DNA of 45,730 nucleotides from Hydrurus foetidus. Its lineage: Eukaryota. Of this stretch, positions 21,748-34,800 are shown one piece after another (the stretch's first letter is position 1; every line of letters begins with the position of its first letter). Made by a program: the position numbers and the translations under genes. Below the pieces are notes generated by a model. That model did not search any database. It was not told the origin of the DNA and worked only from the letters and a program-made list of their open reading frames with translations. The stretch lies in assembly GCA_900617105.1 (NCBI GenBank), contig UYFQ01000656.1:1-45730 (forward strand). The letters run 5' to 3'.

Positions 21748-23685
21748 ATGAAGCGTTCCGCCGCTCCTAGTAATACGCATCCTTCGGGAGCGTCCAAGAA
21801 AATGAAGCCGACGAAAGTCGTCAAGTCTTCCATTGTCAACAAGGAAATAATGCCTCTGAAGGTCGTTGCTAAATCTGGTCCGCCACCTCCGATCAACGCA
21901 AAACAGCAGAAAGCCTTCCACCATCTGTTGTCAGCAGCAGCTTACAACTCTGTACTGGAAGGAAACACGGACAGCACTGACGGACTTAGAGAATTATGTG
22001 CCAGATATTATCATGGATTCGATGAAGATAACATTGGCATAGCTGCTAGTTTTCTCCAGGGCGACGGACGATTCGGCGTCTTATGGGATGACAACGTTAT
22101 TGCTCAAGGCTTTGGTCATTTGTCTGGATTGTCCCATGCACAACTGAGCTATTACATCCTTCGTCCAACGCTCAAAGGCAAAAATTTGATAACGGGCCGA
22201 CAAATTCTTGAGAAAGGCAGAGCGTGTTTAATGGAAGCGAAGAAAATGTTGGCATTGTGGGTTGAGTTTCTAATCGATGGTCAAATGCCGAGTGGAATGA
22301 ATGAAAATAATGCTTTACAGCATGTCTTGAAGAGAGCGCGTGCTCTGACCTCCAATGAGGTGGTGGAAGACGAGGTCAATGATGAGGACATAGACGATCA
22401 AGGCGATCAAGGGGCGTCAGGTAAACACTTCTTCATTAGTGACTTTTGTATGCATTTCAACATTTTATTTGACATATGGATATTTTCGCAAAGTCCGTTG
22501 ATGTTATTATATTTTTAAATCAAGTCAATTTACAGGGAAAACGCTGGCAAAATTTAATTCATGCTATACCTTACTTTTATAGATGACGACGTGAACGACA
22601 ATGAGTTTGATGACGAAGAGGAATATGTGAAGGAAAAAAAAGTAGTTAAAAAAGAGATTCCACAATCTTTAAACAACTTCTATCCAGCGTGTACCTTATT
22701 CTTCATCCTCTACGGCCCTTATGGAGTTATGGCAGACAATTTCGATATCACTCCATGCCTTTCTATCGACTCAAAGGGAATAGATGAGCAAGCGAAACGA
22801 TACAAGAATATGAACTGTGCCAACAACGCATCAACCAAGATCAAGATGATCAATCAGGACAGGGATACAGAACCCGGACGAGGCATGTCAGCCCATCACA
22901 TGGAGAAATTTGGTATTGCCCGTGAGGAGACAAGTGTTATAAAGGATCAATTTTACCGTAAGAATCTAATGGAAAGTTTCAATGTGGCGAAAGAAATGGC
23001 GGTCCGTTCCATTAATACCCAGGAACAAACAGATCATTGGTATAGTATCATGGATGAATACGCTAGAGAAATTTCCCCCACCCTATTGCTACCTAAACCT
23101 ATTATCCCACCATCAAAAGTACCATCAGTCCGAACGACCCCGGCTCCTGAAACAATCCCTCAGACGAATATAACCACTGCCTGTAAGCTTAATTCCGTGG
23201 TCCAGAAACTTTATGTTACAAAGGAATTGGAAACCATACCTGCCAAAATTGTGGTTCTAACCCAGGACTCTGAGTACTATGATCCCAATGACTTTATCGT
23301 AGAGGAACCAGAAAGAGAGAAAAGGATTCCGATAACTGTGAGTAGAGAGAGAATAGTAAAGGAGATTAGGGAGAAGGAACAGAGAGAGAAAGAAGACAGA
23401 CGAAATAAAGACGAAGAAGAAGACACAGAGGGGGAACTAGAGTTCATAGAGCCATATCTCAATACTATCAAAACCGTGAATCCATACCCACCAAGAGATT
23501 CCTTGACCATAAGTGAGAGAGAGCAACGGGATCGTGATGACGATGAATACATGACACAAGAGCGTATCAGGAGAGACGTGGCGCACAACATTGCATGTGC
23601 GAAACATTACGGCACTACAAGTTCCACGATCTCAAAAGTGAGGACAAGAGGCGTAACAAGAAGTACAATTTCAAAGATGGTTTAA
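21748..23685 (+). CDS. Transposon accessory protein (~591 aa), exons 21748-22420 and 22583-23685
   Basis: A 162-nt GT..AG intron (22421-22582, phase 1) joins the two ORF-track ORFs in frame (TCA G|AT GAC) across a continuous acidic tract. The basic N-terminus MKRSAAP...SKKMKPTK is NLS-like. The start codon choice is inferred. Confidence 0.75.
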
Positions 23686-23721
23686 TATGTTTTATTTACA
23701 ATTCAATAATATTTTATTAAT

Positions 23722-25292
23722 TTACTCTTTCATTTTGCCTGTTCTTGAAGGCCATACTATATCTTTAACTGCCCACCTCCTATGAAAACTAGTTACTAAT
23801 TTGTCTCTAAAATCTTTATTTCTCATTTTTAATATTTTATAAGTATTTTCTTCTCCACTCTTTTTTAAGTTTTTTATTTCTTCTTCTCGGTTGTCTAAAA
23901 GATTATTACATAAATCATTGCCTCGGGCAAACTTTGAAGTATCAAGTTCTCTGATATCACATCCATCTCTAACTCTACGAAATATAAGAGGGGCATAAGT
24001 TTCAACATCACCTACGGCATGCCACCCTAATTCACCTTCAAAAGGACTTGGTATACCTTTTTTCCACTTCTTGTTTAATCCATCAATATTAAGTAACATG
24101 TTGTGTAGGGCACAGCAAGTAAACCAAATGTTATCAGCAGCTTCGATCCCATGAACTCGGATACCTGATTTTAAAATTCTCCATCTCCCTATGAATATAG
24201 TAATTATATATTAAACGTATTAACGAATATATTAAAGAATTATTATCAATTACCTTTTAGTATTCCAAAGGTGCATTCGACATCTTTTCTCATAGACTCG
24301 GCCCATTTGGACCAACGCTGTTCTTTCTTCGACTGTGAATGTTTGAAGGGACATATAAGTGTGGACCAATTTAAATATCCCCCATCCACAAGGATCCAGG
24401 CCCCAGTATAATTTTCATCTTTTCCCTCGCTATCTTTCAGTGTAAATTTATGATCATTCAAGTAATTTCCATTCTGCATGTCAGTCACAAATCCATCAAA
24501 TCGCACTATAGTCATATCATTCCATCTTCCGGGATATCCAACTGTTGACGCAATAATCTGGCGTCTATGATTGGCCACGATTTGGAATGCACGCGTCGTA
24601 TGAGAACTTTTCCCTCCTAAATTCTGATTCTTAAGCTTGTAGTGGCACCTCTCCAATATGATATGTGTAACATCCGCTGACCCAATACACCCATCAAAAC
24701 CAGCCTCAGCATATTCAGACATACAGTCTTCTATCTCCTCAGGAGTTTCCGGCCTCTTCACCCACTTGGGATAGAGATGTTTGCGGCAGGCTACAACGAA
24801 TACTTTGAAGAATCGACGATGTACTTCTTCAGAGACGCTTGTAGCCTCGTAGAGGTCATCGAAAGTCCAGCCCCTTCCCAGGTAACGCAGTGCTCCCAAA
24901 ATCAATATTTCCAGTACAATGCCCATCTCCCCAAGAGCGTTACGTCTTTCATAATCAGGAAACCACTTATCTTCTCTAGCCTCCCTCACTAGATCTAAGA
25001 ATGCAGTGTGAGGCATTCTAAATCTTCTTCTAAATAGATTCATATGCTTCTTATTTAGTGGATGATCAGGGAATCTGACGTATCTGCGATACCAATCTGA
25101 CTCAAAGCAGTCATTAGGATTGTATCCTTCGTTATTTCTGTTACGAAAGGGCATTTTCTTTGGTGGAACTGGTTCGGCAGCCTCGTTTTCTTCTAATAGC
25201 TCATCGCGCCTCTTCTTAAAGATGACATAACTTTCCAAATCTGGATACCCATCCTCACCAATGCAGTCCTGAAGTTTTGGTGACTTTTCCAT
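23722..25292 (-). CDS. PIF/Harbinger-type DDE transposase (~501 aa), exons 25292-24254 and 24188-23722
   Basis: Motifs FRRRFRM, GFDGCIGSADVTHI (D), GRWNDMTI, LVDGGY (D) and RKDVECTFGILKGRWRIL (E), then CCALHNML. A 65-nt AT-rich GT..AG intron (24189-24253) restores FGILKG|RWRIL exactly. Confidence 0.92.
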
Positions 25293-25802
25293 AGCTGCAA
25301 CTTAATTGTTATTGCTTAAAACTGACGATTTCTCAAATTTAATGTGAATAATTCCTATTCTGTCACGCCATTTTGTCACGGAGAATCTGGAGCCAAATTT
25401 TGTCATCCTAGTGCCCGGAGGATCGTGAAAAACAAAAATATTCATTTTGTATTTCGGATCCACCACCATTACAAACGATGACCCGGAGGATTACAGTGTT
25501 TTTTCGTCCAACCGTATGGATTGACCTGAGAGTCCTCGAATATTTTGGCATGCATGGAACGGTATTTCGTAACGTACCCACATTTTAAAACTTCTTCAAT
25601 CGACATTGAATCCGATCTCAGCTACATTTCTGTCTACCAACAGATGTCAGTCAATGGTTGGGCTGCTGATCTCATTGACATTACGATCTCATTGACATTA
25701 CTCACAATTAGAAAATTGAGAACAACTACATTAGTTGGTCAGCGGCTGTGAAAAAATTAAATAACGTTTTAGGCAAAAAAAGATAGGATTTGCGAACACA
25801 AT

Positions 25803-28800
25803 GATATGTTGTAATATGTTATATCGTGTTAGTGGATATGTTTGGTATGTGTTGTGATATGTTATATGGTGCTAGTGGATATGTTTGGTATGTGTTGTGA
25901 AATGCTATATGGTGCTAGTGGATATGTTTGGTATGTGTTGTGATATGTTATATGGTGTTAGTGGATATGTTTGGTATATGTTGTGATATGTTATATGGTG
26001 TTAGTGGATATGTTTGGTATGTGTTGTGATATGTTATATGGTGTTAGTGGATATGTTTGGTATGTGTTGTGATATGTTATATGGTGTTAGTGGATATGTT
26101 TGGTATGTGTTGTGATATGTTATATGGTGTTAGTGGATATGTTTGGTATGTGTTGTGATATGTTATATGGTGTTAGTGGATATGTTTGGTATGTGTTGTG
26201 ATATGTTATATGGTGTTAGTGGATATATTTGGTATGTGTTGTGATATGTTATATGGTGTTAGTGGATATGTTTGGTATGTGTTGTGATATGTTATATGGT
26301 GTTAGTGGATATGTTTGGTATGTGTTGTGATATGTTATATGGTGTTAGTGGATATGTTTGGTATGTGTTGTGATATGTTATATGGTGTTAGTGGATATGT
26401 TTGGTATGTGTTGTGATATGTTATATGGTGTTAGTGGATATGTTTGGTATGTGTTGTGATATGTTATATGGTGTTAGTGGATATGTTTGGTATGTGTTGT
26501 GATATGTTATATGGTGTTAGTGGATATGTTTGGTATGTGTTGTGATATGTTATATGGTGTTAGTGGATATGTTTGGTATGTGTTGTGATATGTTATATGG
26601 TGTTAGTGGATATGTTTGGTATGTGTTGTGATATGTTATATGGTGTTAGTGGATATGTTTGGTATGTGTTGTGATATGTTATATGGTGTTAGTGGATATG
26701 TTTGGTATGTGTTGTGATATGTTATATGGTGTTAGTGGATATGTTTGGTATGTGTTGTGATATGTTATATGGTGTTAGTGGATATGTTTGGTATGTGTTG
26801 TGATATGTTATATGGTGTTAGTGGATATGTTTGGTATGTGTTGTGATATGTTATATGGTGTTAGTGGATATGTTTGGTATGTGTTGTGATATGTTATATG
26901 GTGTTAGTGGATATGTTTGGTATGTGTTGTGATATGTTATATGGTGTTAGTGGATATGTTTGGTATGTGTTGTGATATGTTATATGGTGTTAGTGGATAT
27001 GTTTGGTATGTGTTGTGATATGTTATATGGTGTTAGTGGATATGTTTGGTATGTGTTGTGATATGTTATATGGTGTTAGTGGATATGTTTGGTATGTGTT
27101 GTGATATGTTATATGGTGTTAGTGGATATGTTTGGTATGTGTTGTGATATGTTATATGGTGTTAGTGGATATGTTTGGTATGTGTTGTGATATGTTATAT
27201 GGTGTTAGTGGATATGTTTGGTATGTGTTGTGATATGTTATATGGTGTTAGTGGATATGTTTGGTATGTGTTGTGATATGTTATATGGTGTTAGTGGATA
27301 TGTTTGGTATGTGTTGTGATATGTTATATGGTGTTAGTGGATATGTTTGGTATGTGTTGTGATATGTTATATGGTGTTAGTGGATATGTTTGGTATGTGT
27401 TGTGATATGTTATATGGTGTTAGTGGATATGTTTGGTATGTGTTGTGATATGTTATATGGTGTTAGTGGATATGTTTGGTATGTGTTGTGATATGTTATA
27501 TGGTGTTAGTGGATATGTTTGGTATGTGTTGTGATATGTTATATGGTGTTAGTGGATATGTTTGGTATGTGTTGTGATATGTTATATGGTGTTAGTGGAT
27601 ATGTTTGGTATGTGTTGTGATATGTTATATGGTGTTAGTGGATATGTTTGGTATGTGTTGTGATATGTTATATGGTGTTAGTGGATATGTTTGGTATGTG
27701 TTGTGATATGTTATATGGTGTTAGTGGATATGTTTGGTATGTGTTGTGATATGTTATATGGTGTTAGTGGATATGTTTGGTATGTGTTGTGATATGTTAT
27801 ATGGTGTTAGTGGATATGTTTGGTATGTGTTGTGATATGTTATATGGTGTTAGTGGATATGTTTGGTATGTGTTGTGATATGTTATATGGTGTTAGTGGA
27901 TATGTTTGGTATGTGTTGTGATATGTTATATGGTGTTAGTGGATATGTTTGGTATGTGTTGTGATATGTTATATGGTGTTAGTGGATATGTTTGGTATGT
28001 GTTGTGATATGTTATATGGTGTTAGTGGATATGTTTGGTATGTGTTGTGATATGTTATATGGTGTTAGTGGATATGTTTGGTATGTGTTGTGATATGTTA
28101 TATGGTGTTAGTGGATATGTTTGGTATGTGTTGTGATATGTTATATGGTGTTAGTGGATATGTTTGGTATGTGTTGTGATATGTTATATGGTGTTAGTGG
28201 ATATGTTTGGTATGTGTTGTGATATGTTATATGGTGTTAGTGGATATGTTTGGTATGTGTTGTGATATGTTATATGGTGTTAGTGGATATGTTTGGTATG
28301 TGTTGTGATATGTTATATGGTGTTAGTGGATATGTTTGGTATGTGTTGTGATATGTTATATGGTGTTAGTGGATATGTTTGGTATGTGTTGTGATATGTT
28401 ATATGGTGTTAGTGGATATGTTTGGTATGTGTTGTGATATGTTATATGGTGTTAGTGGATATGTTTGGTATGTGTTGTGATATGTTATATGGTGTTAGTG
28501 GATATGTTTGGTATGTGTTGTGATATGTTATATGGTGTTAGTGGATATGTTTGGTATGTGTTGTGATATGTTATATGGTGTTAGTGGATATGTTTGGTAT
28601 GTGTTGTGATATGTTATATGGTGTTAGTGGATATGTTTGGTATGTGTTGTGATATGTTATATGGTGTTAGTGGATATGTTTGGTATGTGTTGTGATATGT
28701 TATATGGTGTTAGTGGATATGTTTGGTATGTGTTGTGATATGTTATATGGTGTTAGTGGATATGTTTGGTATGTGTTGTGATATGTTATATGGTGTTAGT

Positions 28801-31800
28801 GGATATGTTTGGTATGTGTTGTGATATGTTATATGGTGTTAGTGGATATGTTTGGTATGTGTTGTGATATGTTATATGGTGTTAGTGGATATGTTTGGTA
28901 TGTGTTGTGATATGTTATATGGTGTTAGTGGATATGTTTGGTATGTGTTGTGATATGTTATATGGTGTTAGTGGATATGTTTGGTATGTGTTGTGATATG
29001 TTATATGGTGTTAGTGGATATGTTTGGTATGTGTTGTGATATGTTATATGGTGTTAGTGGATATGTTTGGTATGTGTTGTGATATGTTATATGGTGTTAG
29101 TGGATATGTTTGGTATGTGTTGTGATATGTTATATGGTGTTAGTGGATATGTTTGGTATGTGTTGTGATATGTTATATGGTGTTAGTGGATATGTTTGGT
29201 ATGTGTTGTGATATGTTATATGGTGTTAGTGGATATGTTTGGTATGTGTTGTGATATGTTATATGGTGTTAGTGGATATGTTTGGTATGTGTTGTGATAT
29301 GTTATATGGTGTTAGTGGATATGTTTGGTATGTGTTGTGATATGTTATATGGTGTTAGTGGATATGTTTGGTATGTGTTGTGATATGTTATATGGTGTTA
29401 GTGGATATGTTTGGTATGTGTTGTGATATGTTATATGGTGTTAGTGGATATGTTTGGTATGTGTTGTGATATGTTATATGGTGTTAGTGGATATGTTTGG
29501 TATGTGTTGTGATATGTTATATGGTGTTAGTGGATATGTTTGGTATGTGTTGTGATATGTTATATGGTGTTAGTGGATATGTTTGGTATGTGTTGTGATA
29601 TGTTATATGGTGTTAGTGGATATGTTTGGTATGTGTTGTGATATGTTATATGGTGTTAGTGGATATGTTTGGTATGTGTTGTGATATGTTATATGGTGTT
29701 AGTGGATATGTTTGGTATGTGTTGTGATATGTTATATGGTGTTAGTGGATATGTTTGGTATGTGATATGTTATATGGTGTTAGTGGATATGTTTGGTATG
29801 TGTTGTGATATGTTATATGGTGTTAGTGGATATGTTTGGTATGTGTTGTGATATGTTATATGGTGTTAGTGGATATGTTTGGTATGTGTTGTGATATGTT
29901 ATATGGTGTTAGTGGATATGTTTGGTATGTGTTGTGATATGTTATATGGTGTTAGTGGATATGTTTGGTATGTGTTGTGATATGTTATATGGTGTTAGTG
30001 GATATGTTTGGTATGTGTTGTGATATGTTATATGGTGTTAGTGGATATGTTTGGTATGTGTTGTGATATGTTATATGGTGTTAGTGGATATGTTTGGTAT
30101 GTGTTGTGATATGTTATATGGTGTTAGTGGATATGTTTGGTATGTGTTGTGATATGTTATATGGTGTTAGTGGATATGTTTGGTATGTGTTGTGATATGT
30201 TATATGGTGTTAGTGGATATGTTTGGTATGTGTTGTGATATGTTATATGGTGTTAGTGGATATGTTTGGTATGTGTTGTGATATGTTATATGGTGTTAGT
30301 GGATATGTTTGGTATGTGTTGTGATATGTTATATGGTGTTAGTGGATATGTTTGGTATGTGTTGTGATATGTTATATGGTGTTAGTGGATATGTTTGGTA
30401 TGTGTTGTGATATGTTATATGGTGTTAGTGGATATGTTTGGTATGTGTTGTGATATGTTATATGGTGTTAGTGGATATGTTTGGTATGTGTTGTGATATG
30501 TTATATGGTGTTAGTGGATATGTTTGGTATGTGTTGTGATATGTTATATGGTGTTAGTGGATATGTTTGGTATGTGTTGTGATATGTTATATGGTGTTAG
30601 TGGATATGTTTGGTATGTGTTGTGATATGTTATATGGTGTTAGTGGATATGTTTGGTATGTGTTGTGATATGTTATATGGTGTTAGTGGATATGTTTGGT
30701 ATGTGTTGTGATATGTTATATGGTGTTAGTGGATATGTTTGGTATGTGTTGTGATATGTTATATGGTGTTAGTGGATATGTTTGGTATGTGTTGTGATAT
30801 GTTATATGGTGTTAGTGGATATGTTTGGTATGTGTTGTGATATGTTATATGGTGTTAGTGGATATGTTTGGTATGTGTTGTGATATGTTATATGGTGTTA
30901 GTGGATATGTTTGGTATGTGTTGTGATATGTTATATGGTGTTAGTGGATATGTTTGGTATGTGTTGTGATATGTTATATGGTGTTAGTGGATATGTTTGG
31001 TATGTGTTGTGATATGTTATATGGTGTTAGTGGATATGTTTGGTATGTGTTGTGATATGTTATATGGTGTTAGTGGATATGTTTGGTATGTGTTGTGATA
31101 TGTTATATGGTGTTAGTGGATATGTTTGGTATGTGTTGTGATATGTTATATGGTGTTAGTGGATATGTTTGGTATGTGTTGTGATATGTTATATGGTGTT
31201 AGTGGATATGTTTGGTATGTGTTGTGATATGTTATATGGTGTTAGTGGATATGTTTGGTATGTGTTGTGATATGTTATATGGTGTTAGTGGATATGTTTG
31301 GTATGTGTTGTGATATGTTATATGGTGTTAGTGGATATGTTTGGTATGTGTTGTGATATGTTATATGGTGTTAGTGGATATGTTTGGTATGTGTTGTGAT
31401 ATGTTATATGGTGTTAGTGGATATGTTTGGTATGTGTTGTGATATGTTATATGGTGTTAGTGGATATGTTTGGTATGTGTTGTGATATGTTATATGGTGT
31501 TAGTGGATATGTTTGGTATGTGTTGTGATATGTTATATGGTGTTAGTGGATATGTTTGGTATGTGTTGTGATATGTTATATGGTGTTAGTGGATATGTTT
31601 GGTATGTGTTGTGATATGTTATATGGTGTTAGTGGATATGTTTGGTATGTGTTGTGATATGTTATATGGTGTTAGTGGATATGTTTGGTATGTGTTGTGA
31701 TATGTTATATGGTGTTAGTGGATATGTTTGGTATGTGTTGTGATATGTTATATGGTGTTAGTGGATATGTTTGGTATGTGTTGTGATATGTTATATGGTG

Positions 31801-34800
31801 TTAGTGGATATGTTTGGTATGTGTTGTGATATGTTATATGGTGTTAGTGGATATGTTTGGTATGTGTTGTGATATGTTATATGGTGTTAGTGGATATGTT
31901 TGGTATGTGTTGTGATATGTTATATGGTGTTAGTGGATATGTTTGGTATGTGTTGTGATATGTTATATGGTGTTAGTGGATATGTTTGGTATGTGTTGTG
32001 ATATGTTATATGGTGTTAGTGGATATGTTTGGTATGTGTTGTGATATGTTATATGGTGTTAGTGGATATGTTTGGTATGTGTTGTGATATGTTATATGGT
32101 GTTAGTGGATATGTTTGGTATGTGTTGTGATATGTTATATGGTGTTAGTGGATATGTTTGGTATGTGTTGTGATATGTTATATGGTGTTAGTGGATATGT
32201 TTGGTATGTGTTGTGATATGTTATATGGTGTTAGTGGATATGTTTGGTATGTGTTGTGATATGTTATATGGTGTTAGTGGATATGTTTGGTATGTGTTGT
32301 GATATGTTATATGGTGTTAGTGGATATGTTTGGTATGTGTTGTGATATGTTATATGGTGTTAGTGGATATGTTTGGTATGTGTTGTGATATGTTATATGG
32401 TGTTAGTGGATATGTTTGGTATGTGTTGTGATATGTTATATGGTGTTAGTGGATATGTTTGGTATGTGTTGTGATATGTTATATGGTGTTAGTGGATATG
32501 TTTGGTATGTGTTGTGATATGTTATATGGTGTTAGTGGATATGTTTGGTATGTGTTGTGATATGTTATATGGTGTTAGTGGATATGTTTGGTATGTGTTG
32601 TGATATGTTATATGGTGTTAGTGGATATGTTTGGTATGTGTTGTGATATGTTATATGGTGTTAGTGGATATGTTTGGTATGTGTTGTGATATGTTATATG
32701 GTGTTAGTGGATATGTTTGGTATGTGTTGTGATATGTTATATGGTGTTAGTGGATATGTTTGGTATGTGTTGTGATATGTTATATGGTGTTAGTGGATAT
32801 GTTTGGTATGTGTTGTGATATGTTATATGGTGTTAGTGGATATGTTTGGTATGTGTTGTGATATGTTATATGGTGTTAGTGGATATGTTTGGTATGTGTT
32901 GTGATATGTTATATGGTGTTAGTGGATATGTTTGGTATGTGTTGTGATATGTTATATGGTGTTAGTGGATATGTTTGGTATGTGTTGTGATATGTTATAT
33001 GGTGTTAGTGGATATGTTTGGTATGTGTTGTGATATGTTATATGGTGTTAGTGGATATGTTTGGTATGTGTTGTGATATGTTATATGGTGTTAGTGGATA
33101 TGTTTGGTATGTGTTGTGATATGTTATATGGTGTTAGTGGATATGTTTGGTATGTGTTGTGATATGTTATATGGTGTTAGTGGATATGTTTGGTATGTGT
33201 TGTGATATGTTATATGGTGTTAGTGGATATGTTTGGTATGTGTTGTGATATGTTATATGGTGTTAGTGGATATGTTTGGTATGTGTTGTGATATGTTATA
33301 TGGTGTTAGTGGATATGTTTGGTATGTGTTGTGATATGTTATATGGTGTTAGTGGATATGTTTGGTATGTGTTGTGATATGTTATATGGTGTTAGTGGAT
33401 ATGTTTGGTATGTGTTGTGATATGTTATATGGTGTTAGTGGATATGTTTGGTATGTGTTGTGATATGTTATATGGTGTTAGTGGATATGTTTGGTATGTG
33501 TTGTGATATGTTATATGGTGTTAGTGGATATGTTTGGTATGTGTTGTGATATGTTATATGGTGTTAGTGGATATGTTTGGTATGTGTTGTGATATGTTAT
33601 ATGGTGTTAGTGGATATGTTTGGTATGTGTTGTGATATGTTATATGGTGTTAGTGGATATGTTTGGTATGTGTTGTGATATGTTATATGGTGTTAGTGGA
33701 TATGTTTGGTATGTGTTGTGATATGTTATATGGTGTTAGTGGATATGTTTGGTATGTGTTGTGATATGTTATATGGTGTTAGTGGATATGTTTGGTATGT
33801 GTTGTGATATGTTATATGGTGTTAGTGGATATGTTTGGTATGTGTTGTGATATGTTATATGGTGTTAGTGGATATGTTTGGTATGTGTTGTGATATGTTA
33901 TATGGTGTTAGTGGATATGTTTGGTATGTGTTGTGATATGTTATATGGTGTTAGTGGATATGTTTGGTATGTGTTGTGATATGTTATATGGTGTTAGTGG
34001 ATATGTTTGGTATGTGTTGTGATATGTTATATGGTGTTAGTGGATATGTTTGGTATGTGTTGTGATATGTTATATGGTGTTAGTGGATATGTTTGGTATG
34101 TGTTGTGATATGTTATATGGTGTTAGTGGATATGTTTGGTATGTGTTGTGATATGTTATATGGTGTTAGTGGATATGTTTGGTATGTGTTGTGATATGTT
34201 ATATGGTGTTAGTGGATATGTTTGGTATGTGTTGTGATATGTTATATGGTGTTAGTGGATATGTTTGGTATGTGTTGTGATATGTTATATGGTGTTAGTG
34301 GATATGTTTGGTATGTGTTGTGATATGTTATATGGTGTTAGTGGATATGTTTGGTATGTGTTGTGATATGTTATATGGTGTTAGTGGATATGTTTGGTAT
34401 GTGTTGTGATATGTTATATGGTGTTAGTGGATATGTTTGGTATGTGTTGTGATATGTTATATGGTGTTAGTGGATATGTTTGGTATGTGTTGTGATATGT
34501 TATATGGTGTTAGTGGATATGTTTGGTATGTGTTGTGATATGTTATATGGTGTTAGTGGATATGTTTGGTATGTGTTGTGATATGTTATATGGTGTTAGT
34601 GGATATGTTTGGTATGTGTTGTGATATGTTATATGGTGTTAGTGGATATGTTTGGTATGTGTTGTGATATGTTATATGGTGTTAGTGGATATGTTTGGTA
34701 TGTGTTGTGATATGTTATATGGTGTTAGTGGATATGTTTGGTATGTGTTGTGATATGTTATATGGTGTTAGTGGATATGTTTGGTATGTGTTGTGATATG

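Larger units (their letters stand above)
21523..25526. mobile_element. PIF/Harbinger-superfamily DNA transposon, 4004 bp, two convergent genes, apparently intact
   Basis: Left end GGCCGGTCCATATGGTAAAACGAAA versus reverse complement of the right end GGTCAATCCATACGGTTGGACGAAA (18/25 identical). TGA flanks both ends (21520-21522, 25527-25529). Contains a Harbinger-type DDE transposase and a second gene. Confidence 0.85.

Noticed and set aside
22421..22582. ORFs 21658..22518 and 22561..23685 as two separate genes, and likewise 24246..25292 and 23722..24099
   Set aside because: Each pair is joined in frame by a canonical GT..AG intron.
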